Assembly: GCA_018242725.1 (NCBI GenBank)
Contig: JAFEBI010000006.1
Span: 11,888-75,887, forward strand
Source of the DNA: Nitrospira sp.
Lineage (GTDB): Bacteria > Nitrospirota > Nitrospiria > Nitrospirales > Nitrospiraceae
Direction of reading: 5' to 3'
Length of the DNA: 64,000 nucleotides
Made by a program: the position numbers and the translations under genes. Positions within the stretch are counted from its first letter, which is position 1, and each line of letters opens with the position of its first letter. Positions 48,492-57,976 of the stretch are shown piece after piece. A model generated the notes under the pieces. The model made no database searches. It saw only the letters and a program-made list of their open reading frames with translations, and had not been told where the DNA came from.

Positions 48492-49067
48492 GTGACGGAG
48501 CTGAGTGTGGAGAGGACGTGGTCACGGTGCTCGGTATGGCGGCTTGGTTGGATGTCGGGAGTAGTGGGTATCGTGTTGCTTGTCGGTGGATGTGCGAGTT
48601 CGGGAGCCAAGCTTGAGAGTAAGATCGGGGTGATCAATGCCCAACGACTTCTGAATGAAACGAATGTGGGGAAGCGGGCGAAGGACATTCTAGCCTCCTT
48701 CTCCAAGAATCGACAGGCCTTGATGGAGTCCGAGGAACGGGAGTTGCGGCGGATGGAAGAGGACTTTGCGCGACAAGCGTCCATTCTGAGTTCATCGGCG
48801 AAACGGGAGCGGGAGGAACAATTTCGTCGACGGATGCAGGAGTATCAACAAAAAGCCGCAGAGTTAAATCGAGAAGTTCAAGAAAAGCAGAAAGACGTCC
48901 TGGAAGGGTTTCGTGACAAAGTCGAAGCGGTGGTCGCCAAGGTTGCAAAGGGTTTGGGAGTGCAGGTGGTGGTTGATAAGAGCAAGGGGGGGGCGACCAT
49001 CTATCATGAAGAAGGGTTGGATATTTCCAACCAAGTGATCGACGCGTTCAACCGCGAATATCCATAA
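48492..49067 (+). CDS. skp: OmpH/Skp family periplasmic chaperone, copy 1
   Basis: Coiled-coil Skp pattern (..GVINAQRLL.ET..GK.A...L........L...E.EL......) after bamA. Probable lipoprotein-like start at 48552 (..LLVGGCAS). Confidence 0.85.
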   Translation: MTELSVERTWSRCSVWRLGWMSGVVGIVLLVGGCASSGAKLESKIGVINAQRLLNETNVGKRAKDILASFSKNRQALMESEERELRRMEEDFARQASILSSSAKREREEQFRRRMQEYQQKAAELNREVQEKQKDVLEGFRDKVEAVVAKVAKGLGVQVVVDKSKGGATIYHEEGLDISNQVIDAFNREYP

Positions 49068-49087
49068 GTGTCTGCGGGAGGTAAATC

Positions 49088-49630
49088 ATGATGAATCGTA
49101 CCATAATGATCGTGCTGACTGTTCTCTGGTGCACCGCTCAATGGGTGGCGCCCCTGTATGCAGGTGACTCGGCTAGGGTCGGGGTAATGGATCAGCAGCT
49201 CGTCTTTGAGCGAAGCAAGTCGGGGAAGGCGGCGCTGGAAGATATCGCGGGCTATGCCCAGACCAGACAGAAGATCATCAATTCTGATGAACAGGAACTC
49301 AAAGAATTGCAGCAATCGTTGGAAGACCCGAATACCAAGCTCGCCGATGCGGTTCGGCAAGAGAAGGAAGAACAGTTGCGGGGAAAGGTCGAGGCCTATC
49401 AGAATCGAGTGCAAGAGTTCAATCGTGAGGTTCAGCAGAAGCGCGGTGAAATGGTCGCGGAATACTCGAAAAAGATCGCGGCAGCCGCACAAGCCGTCGC
49501 TCAAAAGGAAGGCTATGCGGCTATTCTGGACAAAGGCAACGACTCGATGCTTCGCATCGTCCTCTATCACAAGGCGGCATTGGATGTGACGGAGTCGATC
49601 ATTAAAGAATTTGATCGGCAAAACCCTTAG
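49088..49630 (+). CDS. skp: OmpH/Skp family periplasmic chaperone, copy 2
   Basis: Signal peptide, then the same Skp coiled-coil organisation. Tandem paralogue. Confidence 0.85.
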   Translation: MMNRTIMIVLTVLWCTAQWVAPLYAGDSARVGVMDQQLVFERSKSGKAALEDIAGYAQTRQKIINSDEQELKELQQSLEDPNTKLADAVRQEKEEQLRGKVEAYQNRVQEFNREVQQKRGEMVAEYSKKIAAAAQAVAQKEGYAAILDKGNDSMLRIVLYHKAALDVTESIIKEFDRQNP

Positions 49631-49656
49631 GCTAGAGACAGAGAGGAGGCAGGGCA

Positions 49657-50109
49657 ATGGCATCGGTCGAGCAGGCTGAAATTCAAGCGTTACTTCCCCA
49701 CCGGTACCCCTTCCTGTTGGTGGACCGGGTCAAAGAGTTTGAACCACATAAGCGAATTATCGGGATCAAGAATGTCACGATCAATGAGCCGTTTTTTCAA
49801 GGTCATTTCCCAGGACGCCCGGTCATGCCCGGGGTGCTCCTGATCGAGGCCATGGCGCAGGTGGGAGGTGTGCTGGTGTTCAAGTCTGGAGGGACGGTCG
49901 GCAAAACCATCATGTATTTGACAGGGGTTGAGGAAGCGAAATTCAGAAAACCGGTCGTGCCGGGTGATCAGCTTCGTTTAGAGATCGACGTACTCAAGAA
50001 ACGTCCGCCGTTCTGGAAGATGCAGGGAAAAGCATTCGTCGACAATGAGGTGGTGTGCGAGGCCGTGGTGACGGCGATGGTGATGGAAGAAAAGACCGAA
50101 ACGCAATAA
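49657..50109 (+). CDS. fabZ: 3-hydroxyacyl-ACP dehydratase FabZ
   Basis: LPHRYPFLLVDRV, NEPFFQGHFPG.PVMPGVL.IEAMAQ motifs. Confidence 0.97.
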   Translation: MASVEQAEIQALLPHRYPFLLVDRVKEFEPHKRIIGIKNVTINEPFFQGHFPGRPVMPGVLLIEAMAQVGGVLVFKSGGTVGKTIMYLTGVEEAKFRKPVVPGDQLRLEIDVLKKRPPFWKMQGKAFVDNEVVCEAVVTAMVMEEKTETQ

Positions 50110-50207
50110 TCAATCAGCGTCATGTGTCAACCTCCACGCCACAAGGTCGGATGCGCATATGGTCGGGAGAGCGTGGTTCAAGGCTGACCAATTTAAAGGG
50201 GGCAGGT

Positions 50208-51026
50208 GTGAAGATACATCCATCAGCGATTGTCCATCCCAAGGCCACGCTCGATACTGATGTCGAGGTCGGGCCCTTCTGTGTCGTCGGCGAACACGTG
50301 ACCATCGGAAAGGGGAGTCGCCTCCTCTCTCATGTGAACATTGATGGGTGGACGGAGCTCGGGGAGCGAAACGAAGTGCACCCCTTTGCGTCCATCGGAG
50401 GGCCGCCCCAGCATCTGGCATATAAAGGGGAGCCGACAAAGGTCATCATCGGCCATGACAATGTGATCCGTGAGTACGTCACGATCAACAGGGGAACCGT
50501 CCAAGGCGGGGGAGTGACCTCTCTCGGGTCCAAGGGCATCCTCATGGCGTATGTCCATGTGGCACACGATTGCCGGATCGGTCATCACATTATTATGGCT
50601 AACGCGGCGAGTCTGGCCGGACACATCACGATCGGAGATCATTCCGTGATCGGAGGATTGACCGGCGTGCTTCAGTTTGTGAGGATCGGGGACTACGTCA
50701 TGGTCGGAGGGTGCTGCGCGATCGGTCAGGATATTCCACCATTTACGTTCGCGGCCGGTGGGTATCGTGCGCATCTGTACGGCCTCAATACGGTTGGATT
50801 GCAACGGCACGGCTTCTCCACGGAGCGTATTGCGTCGTTGAGGAAGGCATTTGATCTGCTCTTCCGAACAGGTCATCGAACGGCTGAGGCGATCAAGCTG
50901 GCGAAGAAGGAGTTCAAGGGACAGGAGGACGTGGCCAAGATTCTTACGTTTATGGAGGGGACTAAACGCGGAATCTCGAGGGCAGTCAGCTCAGACCTCG
51001 AACGTGAATTCGATCAACCGGTATGA
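50208..51026 (+). CDS. lpxA: UDP-N-acetylglucosamine acyltransferase LpxA
   Basis: GTG start after an AAAGGGGG RBS gives VKIHPSAIVHP.A... Hexapeptide repeats and a helical C-terminal domain. The upstream part of the ORF overlaps fabZ and is not homologous. Confidence 0.93.
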   Translation: MKIHPSAIVHPKATLDTDVEVGPFCVVGEHVTIGKGSRLLSHVNIDGWTELGERNEVHPFASIGGPPQHLAYKGEPTKVIIGHDNVIREYVTINRGTVQGGGVTSLGSKGILMAYVHVAHDCRIGHHIIMANAASLAGHITIGDHSVIGGLTGVLQFVRIGDYVMVGGCCAIGQDIPPFTFAAGGYRAHLYGLNTVGLQRHGFSTERIASLRKAFDLLFRTGHRTAEAIKLAKKEFKGQEDVAKILTFMEGTKRGISRAVSSDLEREFDQPV

Positions 51027-51036
51027 CCAGAGGACG

Positions 51037-51891
51037 ATGGATCAGACGCTGCCTATAACCGACGGACGAATCGGCGTGATCGCCGGGAATGGGCGATTTC
51101 CGATCATCTTTTCCGATAACGCCAGAAAGATGGGCCTGTACGTGTCCGCCGTGGCCCACGAAGGTGAAACGGAACCGGAACTCGAGCAGCACGTTGACCG
51201 GATTCATTGGGTCAAGATCGGCCAACTGAATAAATTAATCAATGCCTTCAAGGGCGACGGGATACGTCATGTCGTGATGTTGGGAGGCATTAAGAAGACG
51301 CACATTTATAGCAACGCCCGTCCTGATTTTCGTGTATTGGCCTTGGCCACGAAACTGGTTCTCTGGAAGGATGATGATATTCTCCGTTCACTGGCGGCAG
51401 AGCTGGAAAAGGACGGCATCACGATTTGTGAGTCGACCTTCGGCCTTGACGGGATTCTGGTCACCGAAGGCACGTTGACCTCTCGCCGGCCGACGAAAAA
51501 GGAATGGGGCGATATCCGATATGGCTGGGATGTGGCCAGAGAGACCGGACGTCTCGACATCGGGCAATGCGTGATAGTCAAGGACCGAACCATTGTGGCC
51601 GTCGAAGCGGTTGAAGGAACCGATGAGGCGATCAAGCGTGGAGGCGCACTCGCTAAAGATGGAGTGGTGGTCGTGAAGCGGTGCAAGCCGCAGCAGGATC
51701 TGCGATTCGACTTGCCGGCTGTCGGGCCTAGAACCATTGAGATCATGCGTTCCGTCAAGGCGTCTGTGCTTGCCGTTGAGGCTGGTCGGTCGGTGATGTT
51801 GGATCGAGAGATGCTTCTTCGTGACGCTGAAGATGCGGGGATCGCCGTTGTCGGCGTGGCTCGCGAGGAAGAGTTGAGCAAGGAGACTTGA
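51037..51891 (+). CDS. lpxI: UDP-2,3-diacylglucosamine pyrophosphatase LpxI (DUF1009)
   Basis: IGVIAGNG.FP..F, LGG..K, D.GQ.V.V......AVEA.EGTD..I.R motifs and the lpxA-lpxI-lpxB context. Confidence 0.85.
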   Translation: MDQTLPITDGRIGVIAGNGRFPIIFSDNARKMGLYVSAVAHEGETEPELEQHVDRIHWVKIGQLNKLINAFKGDGIRHVVMLGGIKKTHIYSNARPDFRVLALATKLVLWKDDDILRSLAAELEKDGITICESTFGLDGILVTEGTLTSRRPTKKEWGDIRYGWDVARETGRLDIGQCVIVKDRTIVAVEAVEGTDEAIKRGGALAKDGVVVVKRCKPQQDLRFDLPAVGPRTIEIMRSVKASVLAVEAGRSVMLDREMLLRDAEDAGIAVVGVAREEELSKET

Positions 51892-51982
51892 GTTAAGGGA
51901 GAAGTTCAGGAGTCTGAAGATCTATTGGTTTCGACGCTCGACGGGGCGATCAAGAGATTTCCCAATTCGGTTAGAGAGATGT

Positions 51983-52918
51983 ATGGTCAAACTTCGTGCC
52001 GGTGTGATTGGAGTCGGACATCTTGGGCAACATCATGCGCGTCTCTATGCCTCATCACCGGATACGACGTTGGTTGGTATCATGGATCAAGATGGCGAAC
52101 GAGCCTCTGCCATCGCCCAGAAATACGGTGCAGAAGCCTTTCGTGGGTTGCCGGAGCTTCTGAAAGAGGTTGATATCGTCAGCATCGCCGTGCCGACCTC
52201 TGGGCATTATGCTGTTGCTAAGGCCTGCCTCGAAGCGAGAAAACATGTCCTTGTAGAAAAGCCGATCGCGGTGCTGTCGAGTGAGGCGCAGGACCTGGTT
52301 GGGTTGGCCAGCCGTCACGGGTGCACATTGCAAGTGGGGCACAGTGAGCGGTTCAATCCTATCATGTCGTTGATGCGACCTCAGATTCACACTCCGACGT
52401 TGTTCGAATGTCATCGATTGAGCACGTATAGTGAACGAGGCACCGATGTCGACGTCGTGCTTGACCTCATGATTCATGACATTGATCTCCTGCTTTCTTG
52501 TAACCCTGGTCCCGTCGAGGCGGTCTGGGCGACCGGTGGTGTCCTGCTTTCTCCGACCCATGATGTCGCCAATGTGCGCATTCAGTTTAGGGACGGCTGT
52601 GTGGCACAGCTGACCGCCAGCCGGATCTCGCCGAAGGCCATGCGACAATGGCGAGTGTTCCAGCCAGATGGGTGTGTCACGATCGATTTCCAGTCTCGGC
52701 ATGGAGTGGTCGGGCGGCGATCGGTCGCACCTGGTGGAAAACCAACGATGGTAACGGAAGAGATTCAAGCCGGTGATGCAGAGCCTCTCAAATTGCAGCT
52801 TGAGTCGTTCCTCCATGCCGTTCGCGGGCGAACTTGTCCTGTCGTGTCTGGCGAAGATGGAGCGGCTGCAGTGGAGCTGGCTCATCGTGTGCTGTCCGAG
52901 ATGAAGGTGGCAGGGTAA
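51983..52918 (+). CDS. Gfo/Idh/MocA family oxidoreductase (possible GnnA-like)
   Basis: N-terminal Rossmann GVIGVGHLGQHH, EKP motif, C-terminal alpha/beta domain. Embedded between lpxI and lpxB. Confidence 0.8.
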   Translation: MVKLRAGVIGVGHLGQHHARLYASSPDTTLVGIMDQDGERASAIAQKYGAEAFRGLPELLKEVDIVSIAVPTSGHYAVAKACLEARKHVLVEKPIAVLSSEAQDLVGLASRHGCTLQVGHSERFNPIMSLMRPQIHTPTLFECHRLSTYSERGTDVDVVLDLMIHDIDLLLSCNPGPVEAVWATGGVLLSPTHDVANVRIQFRDGCVAQLTASRISPKAMRQWRVFQPDGCVTIDFQSRHGVVGRRSVAPGGKPTMVTEEIQAGDAEPLKLQLESFLHAVRGRTCPVVSGEDGAAAVELAHRVLSEMKVAG

Positions 52919-53021
52919 CAGAAGCAGCCCGGGTATCCTTGGCTGAATCAGTGGGAACAGGTGCTGTCAGCCGGACTCGTCCGCCCACAATAATCGTATC
53001 GATCACGTTTGATAGGTCACC

Positions 53022-54152
53022 ATGGCACGCATGCTGATTGTAACTGGCGAAGCCTCCGGTGACCTCCATGGGGCGAATCTTGCCAAGGCCCTTAGGGCTA
53101 GGGATCCTCAGGTCTCGCTTGCTGGGATCGGAGGGGCAGCGATGGAGGCGGCTGGAGTTCACTTAGTCTGCAAGATGGGGCAGTTCGACGTGATGGGTAT
53201 GGTCGGGCCCCTGGCGCTGGTGGCGATCCTCCGACGGTTTCTCTTCATGCGGCGACTGTTTTTGTCCGAACCTTGGGACGCGGTCATTTTTGTTGATAAC
53301 CCCGGGTTGAACCTACGGTACGCCTATTTTGCCAAAGGCGCTGGGTTGCGTGTCTTCTATTATATTGCGCCGCAGATCTGGGCCTGGGGACCATGGCGGG
53401 TTTACTGGACCAAGAAACGAGTCGATCACGTGTTGGTCATTCTCCCTTTTGAGAAGGCACTCTGGGACAAAGCGGGAGTGCCCTGTACGTTTGTCGGTCA
53501 TCCCATCCTAGATGCGGTCGCAGACCGCCATGATCGAAGAGAGCTCCGCAGCAAATTGGGCCTGTCGGATGACGAGCAGGTCGTGGCCTTGTTGCCGGGG
53601 AGTCGGTCGCATGAAGTGCACGTGTTATTGCCGATTCTTCTGGCAGCAGCGGAGAAATTGGCGCGGCATAAGCCGGGAACGAAGTTTCTCCTGGCACAAG
53701 CCTCCACAATCCAGGATAATCTGTTGCAATCGCTTCTTCGACAGAGCCAAGTGCCGATCACCGTGATGAAAGGGCAGACCAGTGAGGTGCTGGCGGTCTC
53801 GGATTTTGCTTTGGTCAAGTCGGGTACGGCAATATTGCAAGCAGCCGTGGTGGGGACTCCCATGGTGCTGCTCTATCACATCAGCGCATGGCAATGGTGG
53901 ATCGGAAGCTTCTTTATGCGAGTCAAATGGATCGGGCTTGTGAATTTGGTGGCAAATCGATCCGTCGTACCGGAGTTGTTGCAGGGTGAGGCGACCGGTC
54001 AGCGGCTCTATGAAGAGGCTGTGCGGATCTTAGAAGATCCCGCAGTCTATGCTGAAATGAAGCGGAGCTTGGCGCAAGTACGAGAAGCCCTAGGCGAACG
54101 CGGCGCGTCGGCGAGAGCGGCGGAGGTGGTGTTGGCGGCATGTCGGGCTTAG
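53022..54152 (+). CDS. lpxB: Lipid-A-disaccharide synthase LpxB
   Basis: I.TGEASGDLHGA.L...L, YY..PQ.WAW, LLPGSR..E., SGTA.L.A motifs. Confidence 0.95.
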   Translation: MARMLIVTGEASGDLHGANLAKALRARDPQVSLAGIGGAAMEAAGVHLVCKMGQFDVMGMVGPLALVAILRRFLFMRRLFLSEPWDAVIFVDNPGLNLRYAYFAKGAGLRVFYYIAPQIWAWGPWRVYWTKKRVDHVLVILPFEKALWDKAGVPCTFVGHPILDAVADRHDRRELRSKLGLSDDEQVVALLPGSRSHEVHVLLPILLAAAEKLARHKPGTKFLLAQASTIQDNLLQSLLRQSQVPITVMKGQTSEVLAVSDFALVKSGTAILQAAVVGTPMVLLYHISAWQWWIGSFFMRVKWIGLVNLVANRSVVPELLQGEATGQRLYEEAVRILEDPAVYAEMKRSLAQVREALGERGASARAAEVVLAACRA

Positions 54153-55888
54153 AACGATTCAAACGGTTGATGGGGTATGTCAAACCGTACCGGGCACGGT
54201 TTCTGGCTGCCTTTACCTGTTCCGGTCTGGTGGCGCTCCTCAGCGGGGTTTATGCCTGGCTGGCACGGCCGGTGTTGGATGATATCTTCATCCAAAAAGA
54301 CGAGCAGATGTTGTTGGTATTGCCGTTGGTCCTCTTCGGCGTTGCCACGTTGAAGGCGCTGTTCAGTTACGGTGTGGGCTATCTCATGGCCTATGTCGGC
54401 AATCGAGTCGTGGCCGACATCCGACAGGAATTATTTCAACAGCTCATGCGACTTTCGGTCGGCTTTCACGATACGAACACCTCCGGCCGCCTCGTTTCTC
54501 GAGTCGTGAATGATGTGGGGATGATGGCCAATGCCGCATCGAGCGTCGTTAAGGATATTTTCCAGAACGGACTCACGTTTCTGGCCATGATTGGTGTCAT
54601 CCTGTATCAGAATTGGAGATTGGCGGGGCTTTCACTTATCGTGATCCCACTCTCTGCGGTGAGCATGGTGCGGGTCGGCAAACGATTGAAACGACTGGCC
54701 ACCAGTGGGCAAGAGCAACTGGGCGATCTGTCTTCCGCACTTCAGGAGATGCTGTCCGGTATTAGGATGGTAAAAGCATTTGGACGGGAAGAGGCGGAGG
54801 CGGAACGATTCGAGGAGCGAAACCGCAAGGTGCTCTCCACTACCCTCAAAAGTAATCAGGTCTGGTCGCTGGGTCATTCCCAGATGGAAATTATCGGGGT
54901 GATTGGCGTCGCGGCCATTATCTGGTACGGGGGCTATTTGGTCATTCACGATACCATGACACCCGGCGCATTTTTCTCATTCATGGCGGCGCTGTTCATG
55001 GCCTATACCCCGATTCGAAAATTGTCAGGATCGAATAACCTGGTTCAGCAAGCGCTGGCGGCAGCCGAACGAGTGTTTGATGTGCTGGACCTCAAGTCCG
55101 AGTACGCTCAACAGAGCGGCACGGTGTCATTGGCGGGGATCAACAAGGCCATCGAATTTCAGAATGTCTCCTTGCGGTACGAGAGTCACACGATCTCGGC
55201 CTTGACTGATATCGACCTCGTGATTCAGCCGGGTGAAGTAATTGCGCTGGTCGGGAGCAGCGGAAGTGGAAAAACCAGTTTGGTCAGTTTGCTCCCTCGT
55301 TTTTATGAACCGACGGAAGGACGTATTCTCCTGGATGGCCTGCCCGTCACGTCTTACGAGTTGCGCTCGCTACGCGCTCATATCGGGATCGTCTCGCAGG
55401 ACGTGTTCTTGTTCGATGAGACCGTCCGGAGAAACATCGCGTTTGGCCGATCCGGCGCTGGTCAGGCTGAGGTCGAGCAGGCGGCGAAATTGGCGTATGC
55501 CCATGACTTTATTCTCCGCTTACCTGGGGGATACGACACCGTCATTGGTGAGCGTGGGGTCAAACTGTCCGGGGGGGAACGGCAACGTCTGGCAATTGCC
55601 AGAGCTCTTCTGCGGGACCCCCCATTGCTTATTTTGGATGAGGCGACTTCCGCGCTTGATACCGAGTCTGAACGGATTGTGCAGCTGGCGTTGGCTAATT
55701 TGATGAAGAATCGAACGACCGTGGTGATTGCTCATCGGCTGTCGACGATTCAGAATGCGGATCGAATCGTCGTCTTGGATCGAGGCATGATTGTTGAGGT
55801 CGGCTCCCATGAAGAACTACTTCGATTGGGCGGTGTGTATCGCCGTTTGCATGCGTTGCAGTTCCAATCCGAAGAGTTGACGCGCTGA
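54140..55888 (+). CDS. msbA: Lipid A export ABC transporter MsbA-like (TMD-NBD half transporter)
   Basis: Six-TM ABC exporter domain plus NBD (GSSGSGKTS, LSGGERQR, LILDEATSALD). Lipid A cluster context. Confidence 0.88.
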   Translation: MSGLERFKRLMGYVKPYRARFLAAFTCSGLVALLSGVYAWLARPVLDDIFIQKDEQMLLVLPLVLFGVATLKALFSYGVGYLMAYVGNRVVADIRQELFQQLMRLSVGFHDTNTSGRLVSRVVNDVGMMANAASSVVKDIFQNGLTFLAMIGVILYQNWRLAGLSLIVIPLSAVSMVRVGKRLKRLATSGQEQLGDLSSALQEMLSGIRMVKAFGREEAEAERFEERNRKVLSTTLKSNQVWSLGHSQMEIIGVIGVAAIIWYGGYLVIHDTMTPGAFFSFMAALFMAYTPIRKLSGSNNLVQQALAAAERVFDVLDLKSEYAQQSGTVSLAGINKAIEFQNVSLRYESHTISALTDIDLVIQPGEVIALVGSSGSGKTSLVSLLPRFYEPTEGRILLDGLPVTSYELRSLRAHIGIVSQDVFLFDETVRRNIAFGRSGAGQAEVEQAAKLAYAHDFILRLPGGYDTVIGERGVKLSGGERQRLAIARALLRDPPLLILDEATSALDTESERIVQLALANLMKNRTTVVIAHRLSTIQNADRIVVLDRGMIVEVGSHEELLRLGGVYRRLHALQFQSEELTR

Positions 55889-55892
55889 ACTG

Positions 55893-56563
55893 ATGAAACA
55901 TTCACCCCTTGTGAAATGGCTGAAGCTTTCCGTGCTGCCTCCGGTGGCCGCCACGCTCATGCGAGGAGTTGCTCGCTCGATGCGGTGTGAAACGCGCGGC
56001 TATGAAGCGGTGGATGCCTTATATCGAGAAGGGCATCACGCGATTTTTGCATTTTGGCATGGACAGCAGTTGATGATGCTGTTCGGCTATCGTGGAACGG
56101 GTACGCAAGCGCTGATCAGCCAGCATGGCGACGGTGAAATCATTGCGCGTATCGTGGCCCGATTCGGTCACCAAGCGGTGCGTGGCTCCAGTACCAGAGG
56201 GGGGGCGGGAGCGTTGCGTGCGTTGATCAAACTCGGCCGGTCTGGCCAAGATGTCGCTGTGACTCCTGATGGTCCGAAGGGACCTCGGCAGGTGGTCAAG
56301 CTTGGGGTGATTCAATTGGCTAAAGCCAGCGGGCTTCCCATCGTGCCGATGATTTTTGCGTGCTCAAAAAAAAACTCTTTGCGAGCTGGGATCGCTTCAT
56401 GGTCCCGTACCCATTCTCCAGAGGCCTATTCCTCTATGGAAGACCGCTCTGGGTCCCGCGCGAGGCTGATGCTGCCAGGCTTGAAACGCTTCGGTTGGAG
56501 CTTGAGACTGCCCTCAATCTGCTGACGGATCAAGCAGAAGAAGATGTGACGCGTGAACAGTGA
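55893..56563 (+). CDS. DUF374 (lysophospholipid acyltransferase-like) protein, apparently frameshifted in an A9 run
   Basis: Frame 1 (55893-) reads ..GLPIVPMIFACSKK. The conserved continuation KLFASWDRFMVPYPFSRG..YG.P..VP lies in the frame of ORF 56360-56563. The two frames join at A9 (56366-56374). Confidence 0.7.
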
Positions 56564-56637
56564 GATGTGACGCGTAGGAGGCTCAGACATTCAGCAGGAC
56601 GCTTCACCTTTTTCCTCTTACGTGTCACTTCGTTCTC

Positions 56638-57975
56638 ATGTGGAAGCTTCTCTATAACATTGGCCTGCTGATCGCTGCTCCTGTGGTTATCGGAGTGCTC
56701 TGGGCCAAGCCTCGTTGTCGCCCGGGTTTCCCCCAAAGGATGGGCTGGCGCCTTCCTGCTGCTGAAAATGGTCAGGCAGTTAGACCGGTTATTTGGATCC
56801 ATGCGGTGTCGTTGGGGGAAGTGGTAGCCGTTGCGCCTCTGGTGAAGGCCCTGCATCAGCGGCATCCAGAATTCCGGTATCTCGTCTCGACCGTGACCGA
56901 AACCGGCCGTGAGGCGGTTGAACAGCGGCTCGGCAGCCTTGCTGAACATTGCTATGCTCCGCTTGATTTTCCCTGGGCGGTGGCTCGAATGGTCGGCCGC
57001 GTGAAGCCTGCCCTGTATCTTTTCGTTGAAACGGAACTGTGGCCCAATCTTTTGTGGACCTTACGTGAGCATGGGGTGCCGTCGGCGCTCGTGAACGGAC
57101 GGTTATCTTCTCGATCATTCAGCCGACAAAACATTCTTGGCATTCGTTCCTTCTGGCATTCGGTGCTCGCCACGTTAACACTCTGCTTGATGCAATCTGA
57201 GCGTGATCGACAGCGGATTGTCACATTAGGGGCGGAACCAGAACGCGTGCATGTGACGGGCAATATGAAGTTTGATCAGCCGGTGCCCTCTGTTCAGCCT
57301 GACGAGTCGCCGCGCCGGAGTCTTGGGCTCGCTGAGCACGAGCAGTTGATTCTCGCCGGTAGTACCCATGCGGGAGAGGAAGACCTCTTGGTCTCAGCCT
57401 ATGGGAAAATCGCGAAGTCCTTTCCTTCGATGGTTCTCATGCTGGCTCCTCGCCATATCGAGCGAGCCGATCAAGTTGAGAGAATGCTTCAAGCAGCTGG
57501 ATTTGTGGTGCAACGTAAGAGCCGTCTCCAAAAAACACTCACCGGCCCGCGTGTCATCATTTTGGACACGCGAGGAGAATTATCCCGTGCCTATCGAGAA
57601 GCGGTTGTGGCCTATGTGGGTGGGACGTTAGTTCCCGTCGGAGGACACAATTTGCTCGAGCCTGCGGTGTGGGGTACTCCGGTGATGTTTGGACCCTACA
57701 CGGACCATTGTGCCGAGGTTGCGACACTCTTGTCAGAATCCGGAGGAGGGCGTCGAGTGACGGGAGTGGAGGATCTCGTACAATCTTTGCACGAGTGGTT
57801 GAGTCAGCCTGATGTTCGCGAACGGGTGGGTCAATCTGCAAGGCAAGCCGTGCTGGATAATCAGGGTGCGCTGGCACGCAGTCTTGAGTTTATTGAGTCG
57901 TGCCTGACGTCTGAACCGGCGCACTCCAAACGACCGGTTGCGGAAGGAGCAGGGCCCATGACGGGTCGACCATAA
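56638..57975 (+). CDS. waaA: 3-deoxy-D-manno-octulosonic acid (Kdo) transferase WaaA/KdtA
   Basis: IW.HA.S.GE......L...L...P......ST.T.TG N-terminal pattern and C-terminal GG.L...GGHN.LEPA..G.PV..GP. Confidence 0.93.
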   Translation: MWKLLYNIGLLIAAPVVIGVLWAKPRCRPGFPQRMGWRLPAAENGQAVRPVIWIHAVSLGEVVAVAPLVKALHQRHPEFRYLVSTVTETGREAVEQRLGSLAEHCYAPLDFPWAVARMVGRVKPALYLFVETELWPNLLWTLREHGVPSALVNGRLSSRSFSRQNILGIRSFWHSVLATLTLCLMQSERDRQRIVTLGAEPERVHVTGNMKFDQPVPSVQPDESPRRSLGLAEHEQLILAGSTHAGEEDLLVSAYGKIAKSFPSMVLMLAPRHIERADQVERMLQAAGFVVQRKSRLQKTLTGPRVIILDTRGELSRAYREAVVAYVGGTLVPVGGHNLLEPAVWGTPVMFGPYTDHCAEVATLLSESGGGRRVTGVEDLVQSLHEWLSQPDVRERVGQSARQAVLDNQGALARSLEFIESCLTSEPAHSKRPVAEGAGPMTGRP

Positions 57976-57976
57976 C

